A stretch of 64,000 nucleotides of DNA from Clostridia bacterium (GTDB taxonomy: Bacteria > Bacillota > Clostridia > Christensenellales > Borkfalkiaceae), in assembly GCA_017536305.1 (NCBI GenBank), contig JAFXHR010000020.1:5088-69087 (forward strand), in the 5' to 3' direction. Shown piece by piece: positions 37,138 to 43,558 of the stretch. The notes under the pieces were generated by a model that was given only the letters and a program-made list of their open reading frames with translations, was not told the DNA's origin and searched no databases. The position numbers were made by a program, and so were the translations under genes. The stretch's first letter is position 1; each line of letters begins with the position of its first letter.

Positions 37138-38187
37138 ATGAAAGAAAGGGAAAAGGAAATCATTCGGCAAATACCTGCCCCCTTGCTTTTATGGTATCGC
37201 GCCAACAAACGCAAATTGCCTTGGCGCGACGACCCGACGCCCTATCATATATGGCTGTCGGAAATTATGCTCCAACAAACGCGCGTCGAGGCGGTCAAGG
37301 AATATTATACCCGATTTATCAACGCGCTCCCTACGATAGAAGACTTGGCAAATTGTAAGGAAGAAGAGCTGTTAAAGCTTTGGGAAGGCTTGGGCTATTA
37401 TTCTCGCGTGCGCAATTTACAGCGCACGGCAAAAACGCTCGTGCTGGAATTTAACGGCGAACTGCCGAGCGATATCACGCTTTTGAAAAAGCTTTCGGGT
37501 ATCGGCGAGTATACGGCGGGCGCTATCGCGTCCATAGCCTTTGGAAAACGGACTTCGGCGGTGGACGGTAACGTGCTTAGAGTTATCACCCGTCTAACGG
37601 AAAATCCCACGCCCATTTCGGATACGGCGTATAAAAAGGAACTACAAGAAACGCTCAGTAGCGTATATCCAAACGAAGGCAAGGATTGCGCCGATTTCAC
37701 GCAAAGTATTTTCGAGCTTGGCGCGCTCGTTTGTAAACCGCAAACGCCCGATTGCGGGAATTGTCCGCTCAAAGATATTTGTCAAAGCTATCAAAAGGGT
37801 ACGCAAAAAAAATATCCCGTCATTCCCCCCAAAAAGGAAAAACGGATAGAGCAGGTATTCGTCTTTTTATTGCAAACGCCAAACGGCTTTGCCATTCGTA
37901 GGCGCGAGCAGGGCGTACTCAAAGGTATGAACGAATTTCCGTCTAAGGTGGTGTTTGACGAAACGCCCAAAAGCGTATTAAACGAGTGGGGCGTGTACGA
38001 ATTTACCGAGCTCAAACGCAAAAACTACGTGCATATTTTCACGCATATCCGTTGGAATATCACTTGCTTTTGGGTGTATACGGACGAAGTGCCGTTCGAT
38101 ACCTACGATTTAGACGAAATCAAAGAAAGTATTTCTATTCCGACCGCTTTTAGACAATGTATGGAACTTATCAATGAAAAAGTATAA
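37138..38187 (+). CDS. mutY: A/G-specific adenine DNA glycosylase
   Basis: WYRANKRKLPWR, IMLQQTRV, HhH-GPD region, 4Fe-4S loop CKPQTPDCGNCPLKDIC, and a NUDIX-like C-terminal domain. Confidence 0.92.
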   Translation: MKEREKEIIRQIPAPLLLWYRANKRKLPWRDDPTPYHIWLSEIMLQQTRVEAVKEYYTRFINALPTIEDLANCKEEELLKLWEGLGYYSRVRNLQRTAKTLVLEFNGELPSDITLLKKLSGIGEYTAGAIASIAFGKRTSAVDGNVLRVITRLTENPTPISDTAYKKELQETLSSVYPNEGKDCADFTQSIFELGALVCKPQTPDCGNCPLKDICQSYQKGTQKKYPVIPPKKEKRIEQVFVFLLQTPNGFAIRRREQGVLKGMNEFPSKVVFDETPKSVLNEWGVYEFTELKRKNYVHIFTHIRWNITCFWVYTDEVPFDTYDLDEIKESISIPTAFRQCMELINEKV

Positions 38188-38617
38188 ATTGACCTTTGAG
38201 CTCGTGCCCGAAGAATGTTGGCACGCTAATTTAAGAAGTATGCTTTCTCAGGAACAATGGGACTTAATACGCAAGGACGCGTACCGTCGCGCTGGGTATA
38301 AATGCCGTATTTGCGGTAGGGGCAATACGCGCTTAGAGGCGCACGAAAAGTGGAGCTATGACGAGCGCAAAGGCTTGCAAAAATTAGAAGACGTGTTAGC
38401 GCTTTGCAAGGACTGCCACCAAGTGAAACATATTTCGCGTACTCAGCTTATCGGTCGCGGTAACGACGCTATGGAGCATTTTATGCGCGTCAACGAGTGT
38501 ACGCAGTCGGACTTTCACGCGGAGCTTAGACGGGCGAACGAAGAATATATACGGCGCAATAAAATAGAAAACTGGGTTACGGATATTTCGTGGCTGAAAG
38601 ATAAATTTAATTTTTAG
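38174..38617 (+). CDS. HNH-type (beta-beta-alpha-Me) zinc-finger nuclease-like protein
   Basis: CRICG...LEAHEKWSYD...LCKDCHQVKH (CxxC...H...CxxCHxxxH). The ATG overlaps the last 14 nt of mutY. Confidence 0.65.
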   Translation: MKKYKLTFELVPEECWHANLRSMLSQEQWDLIRKDAYRRAGYKCRICGRGNTRLEAHEKWSYDERKGLQKLEDVLALCKDCHQVKHISRTQLIGRGNDAMEHFMRVNECTQSDFHAELRRANEEYIRRNKIENWVTDISWLKDKFNF

Positions 38618-38627
38618 GAGTAAAACA

Positions 38628-39251
38628 ATGAAAGTATTACTTGTCAACGGCAGTCCGCACGAAAAGGGCTGTATCTACACCGCGCTTTTGGAAGTGTCGA
38701 AAACCTTAAACGAGCAGGGTATCGAAACGGAAATTTACCAGCTCGGCAAAGAACCGATTGCAGGCTGTTTGGGCTGTGGCGCGTGTGCAAAGCTTGGTAA
38801 ATGCGTGACGGAAGATAAGGTATCGGAATTTATCGAAAAAGCGAAAACGGCGGACGGTTTTATTTTCGGCTCGCCCGTATATTACGCGTCGCCGGCAGGC
38901 TCGCTTATCTGTTTTATGAACCGCGTATTTTACAGCGGTGGCAAATACCTTGCCTATAAACCGGCGTCGGCGGTGGTAAGTAGCCGTCGTGCAGGTTCGA
39001 CGACCACCTTTGACGCGCTCAATAAATATTTCACCATTAATAATATGCCGATAGTACCGTCCAACTACTGGAACGAAGTACACGGCGCGAACGGTAAAGG
39101 CGACGACGTTTTACGCGACGAAGAAGGTTTACAAACCATGCGCCTTATCGGGAACAATATGGCGTGGCTTTTACAATGCCTTGCCCTTGGCAAAGAAAAG
39201 GGTATTGCGCCTAAGACTGAGCTTAAAATCCGCACCAACTTCATTTCATAA
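38628..39251 (+). CDS. Flavodoxin-fold NAD(P)H-dependent FMN reductase / iron-sulfur flavoprotein-like
   Basis: MKVLLVNGSPHEKGC... (FMN_red-type N-terminus) and a Cys cluster CLGCGACAKLGKC. Confidence 0.7.
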   Translation: MKVLLVNGSPHEKGCIYTALLEVSKTLNEQGIETEIYQLGKEPIAGCLGCGACAKLGKCVTEDKVSEFIEKAKTADGFIFGSPVYYASPAGSLICFMNRVFYSGGKYLAYKPASAVVSSRRAGSTTTFDALNKYFTINNMPIVPSNYWNEVHGANGKGDDVLRDEEGLQTMRLIGNNMAWLLQCLALGKEKGIAPKTELKIRTNFIS

Positions 39252-39510
39252 AAACGACGTATCTACGTCGCAATACAGCTAAAAAAGTGAATTGCAAGCG
39301 TTGCTTGCGTGAATTTTCGCTATGCTCAATGAATTGCGTGGCAAAGCCACGCGTGAATTGCAACGCAAAGCGTTGCGTTATTGTATTATTTCCACAACGC
39401 CACCAAAGGTGGCAATTCATGAAAAACACAGTTTTTCAATTCACGCGTACAAAGTACGCAATTCACGACGGCAAAGCCGTCATTCACGGCATAAGCCCTA
39501 TCGTGGCAAC
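39252..39510 (+). repeat. Mosaic palindromic intergenic element, copy 4 (modules H-D, full dyad array)
   Basis: H is CGACGTA-TC-TACGTCG at 39255-39270. GTGAATT at 39287, 39309 and 39353 (GAATT at 39331). AATTCAT at 39414, AATTCAC at 39438 and 39460, ATTCAC at 39482. Each interval holds a different perfect 6-7-bp hairpin, mostly with AAA loops. Confidence 0.9.
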
Positions 39511-39518
39511 AACATAAC

Positions 39519-39555
39519 AAACCGCCCTTTGCCGTTATGGCAAAGGGCGGTTTTA
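39519..39555. terminator. Bidirectional rho-independent terminator
   Basis: AAACCGCCCTTTGCC-GTTA-TGGCAAAGGGCGGTTTT between the flavoprotein/repeat and the convergent ytxH-like gene. Confidence 0.85.
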
Positions 39556-39569
39556 TCAACGAAAGACTA

Positions 39570-39797
39570 TTATTTCGCTGATTTTTTGGACTTCTTATCG
39601 GAAACGCTATCTTCGTCCTTTTCTTCCTGCGCCTGTTTTTCTTCCATAGCGAGAATTTTTTCGTCCATCATAGTGTTGAGCTTATTTTGCACTTCTTCCT
39701 GCCCTTTTTTTACAAGCGTACGCATTTTATAATTATTCGCAACGAGTAGCGCACCGCCCACACCGCCGAGCAAAAGACCAATCGCAAATTTTTCCAT
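39570..39797 (-). CDS. YtxH-like small membrane-anchored protein
   Basis: 75 aa. MEKFAIGLLLGGVGGALLV (Gly-rich helix), then a charged coiled region. GGAGG RBS. Confidence 0.6.
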   Translation of the reverse strand: MEKFAIGLLLGGVGGALLVANNYKMRTLVKKGQEEVQNKLNTMMDEKILAMEEKQAQEEKDEDSVSDKKSKKSAK

Positions 39798-39935
39798 AAC
39801 AACCTCCTTGCCGTCAAGCTTTTATACGGAAAGTATGCGTGAAAATACGCGCGAATATGCGCGCGCACGAAAAAAACCTAAAAAATAGCGTTTGAAACGC
39901 TCGACGGCGCGCGGAATTTGTGCTATAATATACCT

Positions 39936-40691
39936 ATGATTCAAAAACGAGCGATAGCCTTGGATATAGGCGACAAACGAATCGGCGTAGCGGTCAGCGA
40001 CCCGTTCAACGAATACGCAATGCCCTGCGAAACCTTTTTCCGCACCAAGAATTTACAAGCGGATATTAAAGCCTTGGTCAAAATAATCGAGAGCAAGGGC
40101 GTAGGGGTAATCGTATGCGGAATGCCCTTTAACTTCGACGGCACGGAGAGTGTGCAAACGGAAAAAACGAGAGCGTTTATTTTAGAGCTTTCCAAGGCGA
40201 CGGATATTCGCATTGAAACGGAAGACGAACGCTTTACGACCATGCAAGCGCGCGAAACGCAAATTATGGGCGGAATTAAATGCGAAGAGCGGAAAAAGAC
40301 GATTGACTCCATTTCCGCGTCGTATATTTTAGAGAGCTATTTATCGCGAGAAAATAACAAGAAAAAGGAGAAGGAAAAAATGAACGACGAAAAGGAACTT
40401 TACGAAGACGAAGAAGAAAGAATTATAGAGCTTGAAGACGAGGACGGCAACGCGGAGCGGTTCTTGCATATCGGTACGATAGAATACCGCGGGGCATGGT
40501 ACTGTTTCTTTCAAAAGGCAGAGCCTGAAACGGAAGAGGAAGAAGACGAAGTGGTTATGTTCCGTTTGGACGAGGACAACGAAACGCTTTTACCCTTGGA
40601 AGACGAACAGCTTATGGACGAAGTTTTCGCGGAATTTTGCCATCAATACGAAGAGTTTGAAAACAGCGAAGACGCAATGCGTTTAGAATAA
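39936..40691 (+). CDS. ruvX: YqgF/RuvX-like nuclease fused in frame to a DUF1292 (YrzB-like) acidic domain
   Basis: MIQKRAIALDIGDKRIGVAVSD...ERFTT...SASYILESYL (RuvX, about 148 aa). In-frame ATG at 40380 is preceded by AAGGAGAAGGA and opens MNDEKELYEDEEERIIELEDEDGNAERF.... Confidence 0.8.
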   Translation: MIQKRAIALDIGDKRIGVAVSDPFNEYAMPCETFFRTKNLQADIKALVKIIESKGVGVIVCGMPFNFDGTESVQTEKTRAFILELSKATDIRIETEDERFTTMQARETQIMGGIKCEERKKTIDSISASYILESYLSRENNKKKEKEKMNDEKELYEDEEERIIELEDEDGNAERFLHIGTIEYRGAWYCFFQKAEPETEEEEDEVVMFRLDEDNETLLPLEDEQLMDEVFAEFCHQYEEFENSEDAMRLE

Positions 40692-40745
40692 GCGAAAAAA
40701 TCACTTAAAAAGCGCAAAAAAATACGCAATCTTCGTCGTTATAAC

Positions 40746-40775
40746 TTGACGAACGGCGTGCAAATGCGTTATAAT
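40746..40775 (+). promoter_or_regulatory. Sigma-70 promoter upstream of secD (TTGACG-18-TATAAT)
   Basis: TTGACG 40746-40751 and TATAAT 40770-40775. Confidence 0.5.
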
Positions 40776-40831
40776 AAAGAAGTAATTGCAAAAATCGGGT
40801 AAAACCCGAAAACACAATCAGGAGGCAAACA

Positions 40832-42328
40832 ATGGGCAAAAAGAAATCGGTGGTACTTATGGTTTTACTTACCATCGTAATCGTCGTATTGTGTGCAATC
40901 ACGGTATTCCCCACCTTCGCCGTCCCCGGGACGGTCAAAAAGTGGATGCCGGCGGTTATGCAGTACGACCTTGGCTCGGAGCTGGGTGGCGGTAGCTACG
41001 CTTACTATTATCCCACGGGCGTTATTTCCGAAACCGAGTATAAGAACAATCTTGAAGCCAAAACGGGCGAAGAAAAGACGGAGTATGAAGAAAGCTACGT
41101 CGCGCACAAAGGTTTATATCTTTTAACGGACGTATCGGGCGATAAGAATTACGTTTACGCAAACGACGCCGTTTTAGAAGATTTCAAGAGCGAATTTGCA
41201 AAAGCAAAGGACGAAATTACCGCGCGCTTTAAGGCAAAGGGCTTATCCGACTACCGCGTATCCGTCGTAGACGACTATGCGTTGAAGATAGAGCTCCCCG
41301 CGTCGGAAACGAGCGCACCCCTTGCGTACAATTATTTTGCAAACACGGGCGACTTGACGATTGAAAAGGGCGGTGAAAAAATCGAACAGCTCAAAGACGC
41401 GGACGCGAAAGTATCCGATTTAATCAAGAGCGTATCGGTAAGCTCCAAGTACAAAATGTACTACTTGACCATTAAATTCACGGACGCGGGTAAGGAAATG
41501 ATTGCTAGCGTAAAGAGCGAGCTTTCCGAATCGACTGCGTCGAGCGATAGTCAATCTCAACCTACGACCTTGGATATCAAGCTTGGCGACGAAACGCTGG
41601 TACAAATTTATAAAGACAGCGTTATGGACAATAACAAGGAAGTTCGTACCTACTTCGTAGAAAAGGAAAACCTTGCGCAGGTAGAAACGCTCCAAGTATT
41701 GATGGAATCCGCGCTGGAAAACGGCGGTTTCGATATTGACTTCACCGTCAGCGAAATTCGTTCGTTTGAGCCTGTATACGGCGAAAACACGCTTACGCTT
41801 ATGTATATCGCCTTGGCGGTAGTGCTTTTGGCGTCGCTCGTTTTGCCTATCGTGATGATGAACAAATACGGCGTGGTGAGCTTGTATGCAAACCTTTCCT
41901 ATTTAATCGTTACGGGACTTTGCTTTGCATTCATTTCGGGCGGTGTATTTGAAATCACGCTCGGTTCTATGCTCGTATTCGTGCTCGGTCTTGCGCTCAT
42001 CAACGTCATTCAATACCATATCTTCGGCGCAATCCGTGCAGAGCTTGCACAGCATAAGACGGCGGAATCGTCGGTCAAGGGCGGTTACAAAAAGACGCTT
42101 TGGGGTATCGTAGATATTTACGCAGTACTCTTGCTGGGTGCGCTTGCGTTCCTTATCGGCGCGTCGGGCTTACACACGCTGGCTATCCAAACGATTATTT
42201 GCGTAGTTACGGGTGCGTTTATCAACCTGTTTTGGGCGCGTGCCATCAACTTTATGCTCCTTTCGGCGAGCAAGGACAAATATAAATATTTCCGCTACGT
42301 AAGGGAGGATGACGACGATGATGAATAA
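40832..42328 (+). CDS. secD: Protein translocase subunit SecD
   Basis: N-terminal TM, large extracytoplasmic domain (YDLGSELGGG resembles the LGLDLxGG motif), and a five-helix C-terminal bundle. Followed by an overlapping secF. Confidence 0.85.
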   Translation: MGKKKSVVLMVLLTIVIVVLCAITVFPTFAVPGTVKKWMPAVMQYDLGSELGGGSYAYYYPTGVISETEYKNNLEAKTGEEKTEYEESYVAHKGLYLLTDVSGDKNYVYANDAVLEDFKSEFAKAKDEITARFKAKGLSDYRVSVVDDYALKIELPASETSAPLAYNYFANTGDLTIEKGGEKIEQLKDADAKVSDLIKSVSVSSKYKMYYLTIKFTDAGKEMIASVKSELSESTASSDSQSQPTTLDIKLGDETLVQIYKDSVMDNNKEVRTYFVEKENLAQVETLQVLMESALENGGFDIDFTVSEIRSFEPVYGENTLTLMYIALAVVLLASLVLPIVMMNKYGVVSLYANLSYLIVTGLCFAFISGGVFEITLGSMLVFVLGLALINVIQYHIFGAIRAELAQHKTAESSVKGGYKKTLWGIVDIYAVLLLGALAFLIGASGLHTLAIQTIICVVTGAFINLFWARAINFMLLSASKDKYKYFRYVREDDDDDE

Positions 42329-43349
42329 ACTCCTTGGCAAAACGGTTAAAAAAGTAACCTTAATATCGGCGGTGCTCGCGATTATTTTCGCGCTGGCTAT
42401 CGTGCTCACGGCAATCCTTGGTATCAACTACGGCAAAAGCTTGGAAAATGCGAATACCTTAACGGTCAAAGTAAATAATTTCTATTTCAACGACGAAACG
42501 AAACTTTCCGCGGTGGAAAGCGTATGTGAAATGGAGCTGGATAAGCTTGGTATCAACTACGAGCAAAAAGGTGAAATGTCGGGCGACGAAAGCGAAATCG
42601 TTTACTACTTCGACGAAGAAGTGAACCTGACCGACGCAAAAACCGCGCTCCAAACGGCTTTTGCGGATAAGACCAAAGACGGCGGTGAGTTTGACGGTGC
42701 GTTCATTAGCGTAACGGCAAACAGCGAAGTTTTACAACTGTATATCCCCACTTCCTACTTTGTAAGAGCGGGCGTAGCGGTGCTCGTCTTTGCAGTGCTT
42801 GCCTTTGGCTATGCTTGGATACGCTACGGCATCAACGGCGGTGCGGTTACGGGTGTGAGCGCGCTCCTTGGCGGTGTCATGTCCGCGTCCGTGCTTTTGG
42901 CGACGCGCGTGCCGTTCACGGCGTCCACCTTATATATTATTGCGTTTTCGTCCCTTATCTCGACGGTAGTGGCAATGTTCACGCTGAATAAGCTCCGCAT
43001 GGTAAAGAAAGCGGAGGGCAACGAGGCGTATACGGCGGAAACGATAGCGAGCGGTGTGGCGGTAAAAGAAACGCTGGCGCTTTTGGTAAGCGTAGGCGTT
43101 GCGCTCGTGCTTGTTTTAGCGCTTGGTACGACGGCGGTGCGTTGGTTTGCGGTAAGCGCGTTGATTGCGCTCGTCGTTTCGACTGCAATCGGCTTGCTGT
43201 TCGCGCCCAGTATGTACCTGCCCTTACAAACGGCAAAACAAAAGCGTTTGGACGGTCAAACGAAGTACGGCTACAAAGGCGCTAAGAAAGCGGAAAAAGT
43301 AGAACAAAAACAAGAAAAAGAACAAGCTGAAGAAGTTGTAGGCGAATAA
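42309..43349 (+). CDS. secF: Protein translocase subunit SecF
   Basis: N-terminal TM, periplasmic domain and C-terminal helices. Overlaps the secD end. ATGs at 42318/42321 are better spaced from the GGGAGG RBS and may be the true start. Confidence 0.85.
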   Translation: MTTMMNKLLGKTVKKVTLISAVLAIIFALAIVLTAILGINYGKSLENANTLTVKVNNFYFNDETKLSAVESVCEMELDKLGINYEQKGEMSGDESEIVYYFDEEVNLTDAKTALQTAFADKTKDGGEFDGAFISVTANSEVLQLYIPTSYFVRAGVAVLVFAVLAFGYAWIRYGINGGAVTGVSALLGGVMSASVLLATRVPFTASTLYIIAFSSLISTVVAMFTLNKLRMVKKAEGNEAYTAETIASGVAVKETLALLVSVGVALVLVLALGTTAVRWFAVSALIALVVSTAIGLLFAPSMYLPLQTAKQKRLDGQTKYGYKGAKKAEKVEQKQEKEQAEEVVGE

Positions 43350-43364
43350 TCACCATAAAAGTAT

Positions 43365-43404
43365 AGGGCGAGTGGAGGGAGAGATACTTCCACTCGCCTT
43401 TCCT
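43365..43404 (+). terminator. Rho-independent terminator after secF
   Basis: GGCGAGTGGA...TCCACTCGCC followed by TTTCCTT. Confidence 0.7.
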
Positions 43405-43420
43405 TAAAAACAAAGAATAT

Positions 43421-43544
43421 GCTACGCAATACGGCGTCAAACTTGCGTTTTCTCTCGCTCGTTTACCTATGTAAATCTCCCGTCGAGAAATCCGCGTTTT
43501 CCTTGTCTTGCTTGCATCTTGCTTTGTTTTTGCAAAACGACGTA
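43421..43544 (+). repeat. Degenerate relative of the mosaic element (B2-like body, split head palindrome)
   Basis: GCTACGCAATACGGCGT (compare TACGTCGCAATACAGCGT), internal GTAAATCTCCCGTCG, CCTTGTCTTGCT, and ATCTTGCTTTGTTTTT (identical to 48216-48231). Ends AAAACGACGTA at 43534-43544. Confidence 0.55.
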
Positions 43545-43558
43545 AAAAAGGAATTACA

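Noticed and set aside
39287-39487. Reading the heptamer arrays as a CRISPR array.
   Set aside because: The constant unit is only 7 nt and flips orientation mid-array. The intervening units are 10-17-nt perfect palindromes rather than 30-40-nt unique spacers. No cas genes or leader are present in the window.
39287-39732. ORFs inside the repeat elements: 39287-39517, 39322-39732, 61594-61839, 48059-48391, 36336-36578 and 61252-61775 (minus).
   Set aside because: Homologous repeat copies differ by indels that are not multiples of three, so the reading frame is not conserved. For example, copy 4 needs two frames to match the single frame of copy 6. The 17-22-nt periodicity is not codon-compatible, and no RBS is present.
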